NCBI GenBank assembly: GCA_964449985.1
Contig: CAYVCG010000001.1
Location: forward strand, 1-59,107
Direction of reading: 5' to 3'
Length of the DNA stretch: 59,107 nt
Source: an uncultured Defluviitaleaceae bacterium
Lineage (GTDB): Bacteria > Bacillota > Clostridia > Lachnospirales > WRAX01
Made by a program: the position numbers and the translations under genes. A model generated the notes under the pieces. It had not been told where the DNA came from. It saw only the letters and a program-made list of their open reading frames with translations, and ran no database searches. Positions 39,655-49,454 of this stretch are shown in pieces; position 1 is the stretch's first letter, and each line of letters starts with the position of its first letter.

Positions 39655-40359
39655 ATGAAAGAAATGCTAGCAGTAAGCAACGTTACAAAGCAATACCTTA
39701 TGGGCGAAATCACCGTGTCGGCTCTTCGGGGCGTTAGCTTCTCACTGTATGAAGGAGAATTTGTCGTTATTCTCGGCCCTAGCGGTTCGGGGAAAAGCAC
39801 TATGCTCAATATTATCGGCGGCATTGATAAGCCAACAACGGGCGAAATTATATATAACAACAAAAACATAGCAAAAATATCTGAATATGAACTAACAAAC
39901 TACCGGCGGGATGCTGTCGGTTTTGTTTTCCAGTTTTATAACCTTATTCCAAACCTAACCGCCAGTGAAAACATCACCCTTTCCACCGAATTATCCAAAA
40001 ACCCCATATCCACAAAAATATTGTTGGAAAAAATAGGCCTTTCAGATAGAGGTAACCATTTTCCATCCCAAATGTCTGGAGGCGAACAGCAACGTGTTGC
40101 CATAGCCAGAGCTGTTGCAAAGAATCCGCAGATATTGCTTTGTGACGAACCAACAGGCGCATTGGATTTTTCCACAGGCATACAAATACTTCGTCTTTTA
40201 AAGGACTTTAATAGAGAATATAACAAAACCGTAATAATAATAACTCATAATATAGCCATTGGCGGCATTGCGGACAGAGTTTTTCATATCCGTGACGGTC
40301 TTATAGAAAAAATAATAGAGAATGAAAACCCGATAGAACCTGAGGAGGTATCGTGGTGA
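39655..40359 (+). CDS. ABC transporter ATP-binding protein (MacB/LolD-like)
   Basis: Walker [10 protein letters not shown], signature MSGGEQQR, Walker [12 protein letters not shown]. Confidence 0.93.
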   Translation: MKEMLAVSNVTKQYLMGEITVSALRGVSFSLYEGEFVVILGPSGSGKSTMLNIIGGIDKPTTGEIIYNNKNIAKISEYELTNYRRDAVGFVFQFYNLIPNLTASENITLSTELSKNPISTKILLEKIGLSDRGNHFPSQMSGGEQQRVAIARAVAKNPQILLCDEPTGALDFSTGIQILRLLKDFNREYNKTVIIITHNIAIGGIADRVFHIRDGLIEKIIENENPIEPEEVSW

Positions 40360-42707
40360 TTCTATTTAAAAAGGCTATACGCTCCATGTTGGAAAATAAA
40401 CGGGCATATATCGCCTGTATTTATTTGATATCGTTTGGTATTTTGTTTTATGTTGCTATGGGCGTTACGGTGTCTGGCCTAAAAACGTCTAGGGATGCAT
40501 ATTTTAAACAATATCGGATGGCCGATGTATTTGCCACAGTTTCCGGCATTTCAAAATCGGAGGAACAAAAGCTCAGAAATATTGACGGTATTGAAGATGT
40601 ATCGTTCAGGCATGTCGTTGATGCACGCGTTATAATGCCAGATAACAGCAAAATAATAACGCTTCGCCTTATCTCTCTTGATGCTGCGGAGGAGAACCCA
40701 ATAAACGGTGTTATAACCACCGGAAAAGGATTTTTCGCTGATAACGATATCTTGGTTGCGGAATCATTTTTGGAAGCCCACGGCCTTGGCATAGGCGATA
40801 GTATCGACATTATTATCAGCGGAAAGCAAATGACGTTTAATATATGCGGCGCTTCAAAAAGCCCGGAATATATCTATATTATAAAAGGCTCTAAAGAATT
40901 GTTGCCCGATTTGGCGACGTTTAACACAGCATATCTCCAAGCCGATGCCATGGGAAATCTTTTGGAAAGCAAAAATGCTTATAACGATATAAGCTTTATT
41001 TTAAAAGATGGATACACATTTGACGATGTTAAAACACAGCTGGAGGATGAACTAACTAAATTTGGGCTGACACAGCTAATAAAAAGGGATGATCAGCCCA
41101 GCACAGCTATGCTTAACACCGAAATAGATTCGATAACAGCTCTGAGTGGAAGTTTGCCATATGCATTTGTAGCTATGGCTATTATTATTTTATATTTGAT
41201 GCTAAAGCGCGTTATTGAGCAGGATAGAACACAGATAGGAACATTAAAGGCTTTCGGGTTTTCGAACTGGAAGATAATACGCCATTACTTGTTTTATGGC
41301 TTTGTGACTGGGCTTATTGGCTCGATAGTTGGAACGATTGCTGGTTATTTATTGTCCGGCATTATATCAGAGGCTATGAAGATGTTTTTCAATATGCCGA
41401 TGATTACTAAAAGCGGAGACCTGCTTCTGCTGTTAAACGGCTTAGTTATAGGGATTGCCGGCGGAATAATCGGCGCATTTATGGGAGCTTTTAAAATTAC
41501 TAGGCTTATACCATCAGAAGCCATGCGCCCAGAAGCCCCAAAGGAAAGCAAACACGATGTATTAAGCTATATTCCCTTTATAAAGGTTATATTAAATTCT
41601 GGCGGGTCTATGGCGCTTAGAAATATTTTGAGAAATAAATTCCGTTCCATATTTATCGTTATTGGCATTGCTTTTTCCTTCGGCATACTGTCGTTTATCG
41701 GCTCTATCCCAAGTATGATAGACGATATGCTCATAAACCAGTTTACAAAGGTTCAGCTTTATGATGTTAAAATAGCATATAAAACGCCTGTCCCTTATTC
41801 CACAGGCATTGAAGACGCATTTGCTATAAGCGGCGTTACTATGGCAGAGGGTTTGTTAGAAGTGCCTGCTGAGCTTAGTCGTAACAGCAGGAAGGAATTA
41901 ATGGCAATAACAGGCATAACGCCTGACTCCAACCTATTTAAGATATATGACGATGAAAAAAGAGAAAATCTTTCTCTTGACAATACCGGGATTATCATTA
42001 GCAGTACACTAGCAAAAAACCTACAGGCAGGAAAAGGCGATACAATCATCGTTCGTTCCCCCCTGCTAAAAGACGATGCAAAGCTTATAGTTTCCGATGT
42101 TGTTCAGCAAAGTCTCGGAAGCGGATGTTATATGAGTTTGGATGCCTTGGCCAATTTGCTTAATATGCCTAGGGTTATAACGTCTGCAATCGTAAAGACA
42201 GATGATGTGGAGCATATAAAGGATTATTTAAAAGAAGGCAAAAATATAGAGTTTATTGAGGATAGCAACGAAACAATAGATAATTATGCTGGTTTGCTGG
42301 GAATGGTTCAGTATATTTTCGTTATGTATACGCTTGTCGGAGTTGTCATCGCCGTTGCAATAATTTATAACACGGCGACAATTTCCGTTTCCGAGCGCAA
42401 GCGTGAATTTGCAACGCTTAGGGTTTTGGGTATGCAGGTAAAGCAGGTTGGTGCTATATTATCGTTCGAATATTGGGTTTTGAGTATATTCGGCATAGCG
42501 TTGGGCATCCCATTTACCATTTTGCTAAAACAATCTATGGCTTCTATTATTGATTTACAAGCCTTTGCTTTTCCAACGTATACGACGGCATCTGCATATA
42601 TGATAGCCACATTCGGCTGTATTGCTGCTGTTTTTATATCCAATCAGGTTTCTAATAGAAGGATTAAATCATTTGACATGGTGGAAGTCTTGAAAGAGAG
42701 GGAATAA
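40353..42707 (+). CDS. ABC transporter permease, double FtsX/MacB-type
   Basis: 784 aa with two FtsX-like 4-TM modules, each preceded by a large extracytoplasmic domain. GTG start overlaps the ATPase stop. Confidence 0.88.
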   Translation: MVILFKKAIRSMLENKRAYIACIYLISFGILFYVAMGVTVSGLKTSRDAYFKQYRMADVFATVSGISKSEEQKLRNIDGIEDVSFRHVVDARVIMPDNSKIITLRLISLDAAEENPINGVITTGKGFFADNDILVAESFLEAHGLGIGDSIDIIISGKQMTFNICGASKSPEYIYIIKGSKELLPDLATFNTAYLQADAMGNLLESKNAYNDISFILKDGYTFDDVKTQLEDELTKFGLTQLIKRDDQPSTAMLNTEIDSITALSGSLPYAFVAMAIIILYLMLKRVIEQDRTQIGTLKAFGFSNWKIIRHYLFYGFVTGLIGSIVGTIAGYLLSGIISEAMKMFFNMPMITKSGDLLLLLNGLVIGIAGGIIGAFMGAFKITRLIPSEAMRPEAPKESKHDVLSYIPFIKVILNSGGSMALRNILRNKFRSIFIVIGIAFSFGILSFIGSIPSMIDDMLINQFTKVQLYDVKIAYKTPVPYSTGIEDAFAISGVTMAEGLLEVPAELSRNSRKELMAITGITPDSNLFKIYDDEKRENLSLDNTGIIISSTLAKNLQAGKGDTIIVRSPLLKDDAKLIVSDVVQQSLGSGCYMSLDALANLLNMPRVITSAIVKTDDVEHIKDYLKEGKNIEFIEDSNETIDNYAGLLGMVQYIFVMYTLVGVVIAVAIIYNTATISVSERKREFATLRVLGMQVKQVGAILSFEYWVLSIFGIALGIPFTILLKQSMASIIDLQAFAFPTYTTASAYMIATFGCIAAVFISNQVSNRRIKSFDMVEVLKERE

Positions 42708-42710
42708 ATT

Positions 42711-44246
42711 ATGAAAAAAATAGTAAAGATTGTGTTGGCTATTATTGTTTTAATTGCTGTCGGTATTGGAGCTAAGTTTTATCTCGATATGCCTCTAGAC
42801 GTTTTGACATACAAAATCGCTTCCTCAGAGGCTTCGGAATACTTTATTGAACAAGGCTATGTAAAATCAGACACCGAGACAGATGTCTTTTCCAACGTAA
42901 GCGGTCCTATTGTGTCATTAAACGTATCCGAAGGCGACGAGGTTTATGAAGGGCAAGTCATATGCATAGTCGATTCATCGGAATACAACTATTCTGTGGC
43001 TCAAGCCGAAAATAACAAAAACGGATACATCGCCCAGCAAAAAAACCTTGATGTTGAGGATCAAAGGCGCAGAGCAGATTTGCAATCCAGCAAAAACAGC
43101 CTGCTAAACGAGTATAACAATATAGTTGCACAGGAAAAAGATTATCTCTTACAAGAAAGCACCGCTCTTGCAAAAGAACTGGATGTCGTGGCGAAGGAAA
43201 ACGAAACATCCGCTTTGAAAGAAGAACAACTAAATCAGCAAATACGCCTGCAAAATATACTTATTCAGCAGAATGAAACGGAGCTAAAATCAGCCGAGGA
43301 CGCCTTGAAAACATCAAAAATTTTGTATGATAATAACGTTATTCCAAAAAGCGAATATGACGACGCAGTTAAAGACGTGGAAACTAAACAAGCCAACCTT
43401 AACTCCAGCATACAGCAGCTGGAGGTTATTAAAGCTGGCTATTCCGAAACCTCGTCTCAGGTCTATACCCAAACCTATACCGAATACTACGACAGCATGA
43501 AGAAATCCATACAGTCAAAGATAGCTGATATAGATACTTCTCTTTCGAAAAACTATTCTTGGGCAATGAAAGAATATTATAACACATTGATTGATAACGA
43601 AGATACAAACGCAAAGCTTTTAAACAAAAAGATAGAGGATTGTACAATAAAATCCCCCGTAAGCGGAAAGATATCAACCCTAAATATAAAGGACACCAAT
43701 ATCGTGACTACGCAACAGCCTATAGCTGTTATAACAACAGAAAAATCAACAGACATAGAGGTTTATATCTCAACAAGGAATTATAAAGATGTACAGCTTG
43801 GTGATTATGTTGAGATAACCCAATCCCAGGCATCAGGGGATATTGTTTTTGATGGTGTGATAAAAGAAATAGACGAAAAAGCCATCTCTCAGCAATCCTC
43901 GCTAGGAATCGAGGATAGAAAGGTTAAAGTAACTATAAAACCGGCTGATGGCAATGAAGCGGCTTTATTCCCCGGTTTTGCTTTTGACGTAAAGTTTATA
44001 ACATTTAAAGAGACAAATCAAATCACAGTTCCAAAAACTGCCGTGTTTAAGTATACTGACGATTCATCCGCGCAGGATATGGTCTGGCTTGTGCAAGACG
44101 GAAAAGCTGTTATGCATGCTGTGACAGTCGGGCGGGAACTTAGAACAGAGTATATCATCGAAAGCGGGCTCTCCACTGATGATATAATAATAAAGGATGC
44201 ATCAGCAGAAGGAATCGGAAACAGAGTAAAAATAAAGACGGAATAA
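42711..44246 (+). CDS. HlyD/periplasmic-adaptor family efflux protein
   Basis: 511 aa with N-terminal TM anchor, biotinyl-lipoyl-like segments flanking a long coiled coil, and a beta-barrel C-terminus. Confidence 0.85.
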   Translation: MKKIVKIVLAIIVLIAVGIGAKFYLDMPLDVLTYKIASSEASEYFIEQGYVKSDTETDVFSNVSGPIVSLNVSEGDEVYEGQVICIVDSSEYNYSVAQAENNKNGYIAQQKNLDVEDQRRRADLQSSKNSLLNEYNNIVAQEKDYLLQESTALAKELDVVAKENETSALKEEQLNQQIRLQNILIQQNETELKSAEDALKTSKILYDNNVIPKSEYDDAVKDVETKQANLNSSIQQLEVIKAGYSETSSQVYTQTYTEYYDSMKKSIQSKIADIDTSLSKNYSWAMKEYYNTLIDNEDTNAKLLNKKIEDCTIKSPVSGKISTLNIKDTNIVTTQQPIAVITTEKSTDIEVYISTRNYKDVQLGDYVEITQSQASGDIVFDGVIKEIDEKAISQQSSLGIEDRKVKVTIKPADGNEAALFPGFAFDVKFITFKETNQITVPKTAVFKYTDDSSAQDMVWLVQDGKAVMHAVTVGRELRTEYIIESGLSTDDIIIKDASAEGIGNRVKIKTE

Positions 44247-44273
44247 AATAAGACGGAGTAAAAGGTGATAAAC

Positions 44274-45329
44274 ATGCCTGTAATACGGCACAAAACGAGG
44301 CAAGTAAACATTGGTGGCATTGCTATAGGCGGGGATAATCCCATAGCCATCCAATCCATGACCAATACGGACACAAAAGATGCAGCAAAAACTATTGCGC
44401 AAATAAACGAGCTCACAAAAAAAGGCTGCGAAATCATCCGAGTTGCAGTTCCCGATGCAGCATCTGCAAATGCAATATCCGAAATCAAAAACCATATAAC
44501 AATACCGCTTGTTGCAGATATACATTTTGATTATAAGTTAGCAATAATGTCTATAGAAAACGGTGTCGATAAACTGCGTATAAACCCAGGCAATATAGGA
44601 GATGAAGAAAAAGTTCGTTCCGTCGTTTCTGCAGCATCGGAACGAGGTATACCAATAAGAATCGGTGTTAATTCCGGCTCTTTGGAGAAGGATATATTAA
44701 ACAAATACGGTGGCGTAACAGCGCAGGCGCTTTTTGAAAGCGCAATGAGCCATGTTCGTATTTTAGAATCTCTGAATTTTGATAATATAGTTATTTCGAT
44801 AAAAGCATCTGATGTTTGCCTTTCACTTGATGCATATAGCCTTTTGGCCGAAAGCACGGATTATCCTTTGCATATCGGCATAACCGAATCAGGCACGGAA
44901 TATTCAGGTTCTATAAAATCCGCTGTTGGCATAGGCGCTATGCTCTCCCAAGGTATTGGAGACACAATAAGGGTTTCATTAACCTCTGATCCGATAAACG
45001 AAATAACATGCGCCAAAACCATATTGCAGGCAATGAACCTGAGAAGCTTTGGCCCACAGCTTATCTCCTGCCCAACCTGCGGCAGAACGGAAATAGACCT
45101 TATAGCAATTGCACGCAAGGTTGAATCAGCTTTGGAGCATATTGACAAGCCAATAAAGGTTGCTGTTATGGGATGTGCAGTAAACGGTCCCGGAGAAGCA
45201 AGAGAAGCCGATATAGGGATTGCTGGTGGCAGAGGCGTTGGCATACTTTTTAAAAAAGGCCAGATAATAAAAAAAGTTCCTGAAGCGGAGCTTTTTGAAG
45301 CCTTTATGAATGAAATAAATAATCTTTAA
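44274..45329 (+). CDS. ispG: 4-hydroxy-3-methylbut-2-en-1-yl diphosphate synthase
   Basis: [17 protein letters not shown], and Cys ligands CPTCGR ... [12 protein letters not shown] after AAGGTGA. Confidence 0.95.
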   Translation: MPVIRHKTRQVNIGGIAIGGDNPIAIQSMTNTDTKDAAKTIAQINELTKKGCEIIRVAVPDAASANAISEIKNHITIPLVADIHFDYKLAIMSIENGVDKLRINPGNIGDEEKVRSVVSAASERGIPIRIGVNSGSLEKDILNKYGGVTAQALFESAMSHVRILESLNFDNIVISIKASDVCLSLDAYSLLAESTDYPLHIGITESGTEYSGSIKSAVGIGAMLSQGIGDTIRVSLTSDPINEITCAKTILQAMNLRSFGPQLISCPTCGRTEIDLIAIARKVESALEHIDKPIKVAVMGCAVNGPGEAREADIGIAGGRGVGILFKKGQIIKKVPEAELFEAFMNEINNL

Positions 45330-45359
45330 ACTAAGTAGTTTTTAAGACATGGTGAAAAT

Positions 45360-45800
45360 ATGGAAAATATAAATGACAAAAATAAATATAAAGATTTAGT
45401 TATGCAAGCTCTAAAGGCTAAAGAGCGCTCATATTCGCCATATTCCCAATTCAAAGTGGGGGCGGCGCTTATGAGCTCAGCCGGAAAGGTTTACACCGGA
45501 GCGAACATAGAATCAGCCGCATATTCTCCAACAAACTGCGCAGAGCGCACTGCTTTTTTTAAAGCTGTCTTTGATGGTGAGCGAAGCTTTGAAGCTATTG
45601 CCGTTTGTGGAAGCGGAAATGATTATTGCCATCCTTGCGGCGTCTGCCTTCAAGTCATGATGGAGTTTTGCAATCCCAATAGATTCTTTGTTATTGTTAT
45701 AAAGGATGCGGATCACTATAACGTTTACACTCTCAAACAATTGCTGCCGCACGGGTTTGGCCCAGCTGATCTCGGCGCAAATAAAAAGGGCGATATTTAG
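45360..45800 (+). CDS. cdd: Cytidine deaminase
   Basis: 146 aa with CAERTA and PCGVCLQ zinc-binding motifs. Confidence 0.93.
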   Translation: MENINDKNKYKDLVMQALKAKERSYSPYSQFKVGAALMSSAGKVYTGANIESAAYSPTNCAERTAFFKAVFDGERSFEAIAVCGSGNDYCHPCGVCLQVMMEFCNPNRFFVIVIKDADHYNVYTLKQLLPHGFGPADLGANKKGDI

Positions 45801-45811
45801 CCATCGCCCTT
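45786..45811 (+). repeat. Left copy of duplicated cdd terminator hairpin (no T-tract)
   Basis: AAGGGCGAtatttagccaTCGCCCTT contains the cdd stop codon. 24/26 identical to 45941-45966. Confidence 0.85.
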
Positions 45812-45815
45812 ATGC

Positions 45816-45940
45816 TGTCGACAATTCATCGAACAATACGGACGCGCAATGCGCGCCCCTACAGAAATTCCGGTTTTATGCCGTTTGCAAGGGCACCCAT
45901 TGGCCGTCCTTTAGAAATTTAGTATTTGTCGACATCGTGA
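45816..45940 (+). repeat. REP/REPIN-like interspersed element, copy C
   Basis: TGTCGACAATTCATCGAACAATACGGACGCGCAATGCGCGCCCCTACAGAAATTCCGGTTTTATGCC...GGCCGTCCTTTAGAAATTTAGTATTTGTCGACATCGTGA, with terminal TGTCGACAA / TTGTCGACA inverted repeats. Confidence 0.88.
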
Positions 45941-45971
45941 AAGGGCGACATTTAACCATCGCCCTTTTTCT
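45941..45971 (+). terminator. Right copy of the cdd terminator hairpin, with T-tract (functional terminator)
   Basis: AAGGGCGAcatttaaccaTCGCCCTTTTTC: 8-bp GC-rich stem plus T5. Confidence 0.75.
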
Positions 45972-45979
45972 ATTTGCAA

Positions 45980-46180
45980 TTAATTTCTTCTATCGCTATA
46001 ATCAATAAATTCCTTATCTTTTGGCGTATCTTTCGGTCTTTCATCCGTTAATGGGTAACCGTGTTTTATTCTCTGCATTCTCTCCAGATGAGTAAAAGCC
46101 ATCTTTACGACCATAAGCACAAAAGAAAAAACTATACCCACTATTATAATAGCTGTTGCTGCCTCAAAAAAATCCATCAT
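45980..46180 (-). CDS. Small membrane protein, hypothetical
   Basis: 66 aa with one TM helix (AATAIIIVGIVFSFVLMVV) and a charged tail. ATG 7 nt after GAAGGGG. Lies downstream of dpaB on the same strand. Confidence 0.55.
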   Translation of the reverse strand: MMDFFEAATAIIIVGIVFSFVLMVVKMAFTHLERMQRIKHGYPLTDERPKDTPKDKEFIDYSDRRN

Positions 46181-46254
46181 ATACAAACCCCTTCATTCGT
46201 TATTTTATAAATAAATATACGGAGGTTTTTTTATATAGTCTTATTGTTTAGGAT

Positions 46255-46836
46255 CTATTTGCATAAAAGAGGCTGAAGCTGTTTTCCTTCCAAAGCTGCA
46301 ATAACAGTATCAACCGTCAAAGACTGTTTCGCCATAAGTGATTTACTTTTATTGATTGGGTCATCTTGGTAAAACGGTATGAAGTATATGTTTTTCATAT
46401 TTAAGAGCGAGCCTATGTTCTTTGCATTTCCGCCTAATCCATCGTTTGTTGATATACCCAAAATAACTGGGCGTTCATTGCGCAAATGCGCTTTTACAGC
46501 CATTGTTACAGATGTATCTGTGATAGAATTCGCCAGTTTCGCGATTGTATTGCCTGTGCATGGTAAAACTACTATTACATCAAGAATAGCTTTGGGGCCT
46601 ATTGGTTCTGTATCTGTTATCGTCTCTAAAACGTCATTACCGGTTTTTTGCTTCAACAAGAGCTTGAGCTCATCAGCCTTCGTAAATCTTGTATCAAGTG
46701 CTGCCACAGCAGCCGAAACAATGGGAATAACGTTTGCGCCTTCATCCTGGAGTGCTTCTATCTCTTTGACAACATTATTAATAGTGCAAAAAGAGCCCGT
46801 AAGTGCAAATCCAATGTTTAAACCTTTCAGTCTCAT
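46255..46836 (-). CDS. dpaB: Dipicolinate synthase subunit B (flavoprotein family)
   Basis: 193 aa; LTGSFCT flavoprotein-like N-terminus. Immediately follows dpaA. Confidence 0.9.
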   Translation of the reverse strand: MRLKGLNIGFALTGSFCTINNVVKEIEALQDEGANVIPIVSAAVAALDTRFTKADELKLLLKQKTGNDVLETITDTEPIGPKAILDVIVVLPCTGNTIAKLANSITDTSVTMAVKAHLRNERPVILGISTNDGLGGNAKNIGSLLNMKNIYFIPFYQDDPINKSKSLMAKQSLTVDTVIAALEGKQLQPLLCK

Positions 46837-46838
46837 AG

Positions 46839-47717
46839 TTATTCCACCATTTCATTTAATATATTATATACGGTTTCTTTTATATAGCTGGCTGCGGTTA
46901 TAGGCGCGACCTTCCCCGGCAATGATGGTGCATAGGTTATCGTTAATCCTTCTTTTTTAGCTTCCTCTGCATCTATGCCAAAAGGCTTTGATGCTAGTTC
47001 TATAATTACGCAGTTTTTGTTTATAAGCTTTAGGTTGGTTTTGTCCAGAATAATGCTTGGAACAGTGTTAAAAATGACATCCATTTTACCTAGATTATCA
47101 TTAAGAGTATCGTATGTGAGATCATTGTATCCATAGCCACGGATTAAAGATACATCGGAATGTTTCCTAGCAACAGCATAAACGTTTGCCCCTATACCAG
47201 AAAGCATTTTTGTGAGGAATTTGCCGACGCGCCCGAAACCAATAACCAATGCGTTGCTTGCATGAAGAGTTGTTTTCATTTTTTCAAAAGCTATTTGGAT
47301 TGCGCCTTCGGCAGTTGGAATGGCGTTTTGTATCGCCATTTCATCCCTTTCCAAAATGTCAAACACCTTAATGCCTCGATCATTTGCCAGTTTAATTATG
47401 TCTTCACTTATGCGGCCTGCGATAAATACCTGGTCTTCCTTCATGGCTTCAAACAACTCATTTATGGAAACAAACTTTTCGTTAAACGGCATGTTAAGAT
47501 TATTCCCGTTGCTACAGCAAGGCGTGGGCCCGATAACTATATCGGTGTTTAACAGCGCCCTTGACAAAACTTTTGTGTTTCTTATAGCAACGCCATGATA
47601 ATTTTTGTATTCAGAGAATCCAAAGGCTTTAACCTTGTTGCCTTCATTTTTCAATATATTGTATAAATAAAGGTTTCTCAAGTCACCGCCAATTATCAAA
47701 AAATTGGATGCCTTCAT
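46839..47717 (-). CDS. dpaA: Dipicolinate synthase subunit A
   Basis: 292 aa with Rossmann GFGRVG motif and a SpoVFA-like N-terminal domain. Confidence 0.9.
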   Translation of the reverse strand: MKASNFLIIGGDLRNLYLYNILKNEGNKVKAFGFSEYKNYHGVAIRNTKVLSRALLNTDIVIGPTPCCSNGNNLNMPFNEKFVSINELFEAMKEDQVFIAGRISEDIIKLANDRGIKVFDILERDEMAIQNAIPTAEGAIQIAFEKMKTTLHASNALVIGFGRVGKFLTKMLSGIGANVYAVARKHSDVSLIRGYGYNDLTYDTLNDNLGKMDVIFNTVPSIILDKTNLKLINKNCVIIELASKPFGIDAEEAKKEGLTITYAPSLPGKVAPITAASYIKETVYNILNEMVE

Positions 47718-47753
47718 TTACTATCACCCCTAGAAAAAATCACCTTTTATTGA

Positions 47754-47780
47754 TATAATATGTTTGAAACGACTGTGCGT
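47754..47780 (-). promoter_or_regulatory. Candidate mother-cell sigma-K-type promoter of dpaAB
   Basis: Minus strand: AC, 16 nt, CATATTATA (pattern AC-N16/17-CATAnnnTA). spoVF is sigma-K dependent in Bacillus. Confidence 0.35.
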
Positions 47781-47867
47781 GATTGAATTATTATCACGGA
47801 CAAACTCTGTTTGAAAACAATATTATTCTATATGTTATGCAAAAGCTGGATATAAGGAGATACTTTA

Positions 47868-48605
47868 ATGCGGAAAGAATTTTCAAGAACACAAATGATT
47901 TTGGGAGAGGAAGCAATGGAACGGCTATATGGGGCGCATGTGGCTGTTTTTGGCGTCGGTGGTGTCGGGTCATATGTTGTCGAGGCGTTGGTGAGAGCGG
48001 GGATTGGAAAACTAACTATAGTTGATAGCGATGTAGTTAATATAACAAACATAAACCGACAGCTTATCGCAACAATGAAAACTATCGGCGAAAAAAAGGT
48101 CGATGTCATGAAAAACAGGATTTTGGACATAAATCCAAGCGCAGAGGTAAATGCATATTCGATATTTTTCACCGCAGAAACATGCGGTTCTATAGATTTT
48201 TCAGAATTCGATTATGTGGTTGACGCTATAGACACCGTAACGTCAAAACTCCTTTTGGTAGAATGCGCAAGGCGCTTTAACACCCCCATTATAAGCTCCA
48301 TGGGAACAGGGAACAAGCTAGACCCAACGAGGCTTGAAGTTGTCGATATCTATAAGACATCTGTCTGCCCTCTTGCCAAGGTCATGAGAACAGAGCTTAG
48401 AAAGCGCGGGATTAATTCGCTTACTGTGCTTTACTCTAAAGAACAGCCGATAAAGCCCGTTGGCTTTAAAGACAGCGATGACTCTGATTTGCAGACGACT
48501 GTTGGTTCTAGGCATATTCCCGGAAGCATATCATTTGTTCCGTCTTCTGCAGGGCTCATTATCGCATCGGTGGTAATACGGGATTTGGTCGGCATTTTAA
48601 AATAA
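47868..48605 (+). CDS. tcdA: tRNA threonylcarbamoyladenosine dehydratase (ThiF/E1-like)
   Basis: VFGVGGVGSYVVEALVRAGIGKLTIVDSDVV..NINRQ E1-like nucleotide-binding fold. 245 aa. Confidence 0.88.
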   Translation: MRKEFSRTQMILGEEAMERLYGAHVAVFGVGGVGSYVVEALVRAGIGKLTIVDSDVVNITNINRQLIATMKTIGEKKVDVMKNRILDINPSAEVNAYSIFFTAETCGSIDFSEFDYVVDAIDTVTSKLLLVECARRFNTPIISSMGTGNKLDPTRLEVVDIYKTSVCPLAKVMRTELRKRGINSLTVLYSKEQPIKPVGFKDSDDSDLQTTVGSRHIPGSISFVPSSAGLIIASVVIRDLVGILK

Positions 48606-48620
48606 GCAGGCATAAAAAAG

Positions 48621-48656
48621 AGCCATGGAAAAGATTTATTTATTCCGTGGCTTTTG
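48621..48656 (+). terminator. Intrinsic terminator after tcdA
   Basis: Stem AGCCATGGAA / TTCCGTGGCT (one G-U pair) followed by TTTTGCTTT. Confidence 0.6.
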
Positions 48657-48690
48657 CTTTCTAAATGTTTATTTTACAGCAACTGCTCAT

Positions 48691-49047
48691 TTAAACATTG
48701 CTCTTTTTTAATATATTCATAGCGTTAATAGCGGTAGGAAATCCTGCATATGGCACAGTTTGTATAATGATTTCCTCGATTTCTTGTTTGGTCAAGCCTA
48801 CATTAAGTCCGGCATGAATATGCACATCCAATTGCGGCTCACGCCCACCTAAGCAAGTTAGCATTGCTATTGTGGCGATTTCTCTATCCCTAAGAGATAA
48901 AGCTTCTCTGCTATAAATATCTCCAAATGCGAACTCAACTATATATCGTCCTAAATCCCCCAGGCTTTCAATAATCTCCACCCCTGTATTTCCATCAACT
49001 TCAAATAGCTTTTTTAGCCCTTTTTCAAAACGGCTGTTATCGCTCAT
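48691..49047 (-). CDS. Carboxymuconolactone decarboxylase (AhpD-like) family protein
   Basis: 118 aa with an all-helical CMD-like pattern (..REIATIAMLTCLGG..QL..HI..GLN.G). Overlaps the merR stop by 11 nt. Confidence 0.8.
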   Translation of the reverse strand: MSDNSRFEKGLKKLFEVDGNTGVEIIESLGDLGRYIVEFAFGDIYSREALSLRDREIATIAMLTCLGGREPQLDVHIHAGLNVGLTKQEIEEIIIQTVPYAGFPTAINAMNILKKSNV

Positions 49048-49417
49048 TATTAATCTCCTCCATTTTATTATATATATTTATTTTATCCTCCAACAAACGA
49101 ACATCGTTTTTAAGGCTATCCATTTTTTGAAGCACGAACCGTTTATGTTGCTCTAAAATCTGTATTCTATCTTTAATTGTGCTATCACCTTGCGCTCTTA
49201 ACACAGCATATCGTTTCATCTGCGCGATAGGCATCCCCATCTCTTTGAGCTTCCCCAAAAATTGTATCCATTCGATTTCTTTCTCACTAAACCGCCGAAC
49301 GCCATTAGCATCCCGGTCTATATTATTAATTAAGCCCTCACTTTCGTAATAACGGATATTTGATGGAGACAGCCCTGTAAGCTTTGATACATCTTTTATA
49401 GAAAAGTACTTATCCAT
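49037..49417 (-). CDS. MerR-family transcriptional regulator
   Basis: N-terminal FSIKDVSKLTGLSPSNIRYYESEGLI wHTH and a C-terminal coiled coil without metal-binding Cys. Confidence 0.92.
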   Translation of the reverse strand: MDKYFSIKDVSKLTGLSPSNIRYYESEGLINNIDRDANGVRRFSEKEIEWIQFLGKLKEMGMPIAQMKRYAVLRAQGDSTIKDRIQILEQHKRFVLQKMDSLKNDVRLLEDKINIYNKMEEINNER

Positions 49418-49423
49418 GAATGC

Positions 49424-49454
49424 AGTATACCACCTTAAAGTTACTTTAAGTCAA
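49424..49454 (-). promoter_or_regulatory. MerR-type promoter with 19-bp spacer and operator dyad
   Basis: Minus strand: TTGACT, 19 nt, TATACT. The spacer contains the perfect dyad CTTAAAGT-A-ACTTTAAG. The -10 ends 6 nt before the merR ATG. Confidence 0.55.

Noticed and set aside
45706-46008. 100-aa plus-strand ORF spanning the cdd 3' end, repeat copy C and the start of the small membrane gene.
   Set aside because: It is out of frame with cdd, runs through the repeat and both terminator hairpins, and has non-protein-like composition. I consider it spurious.
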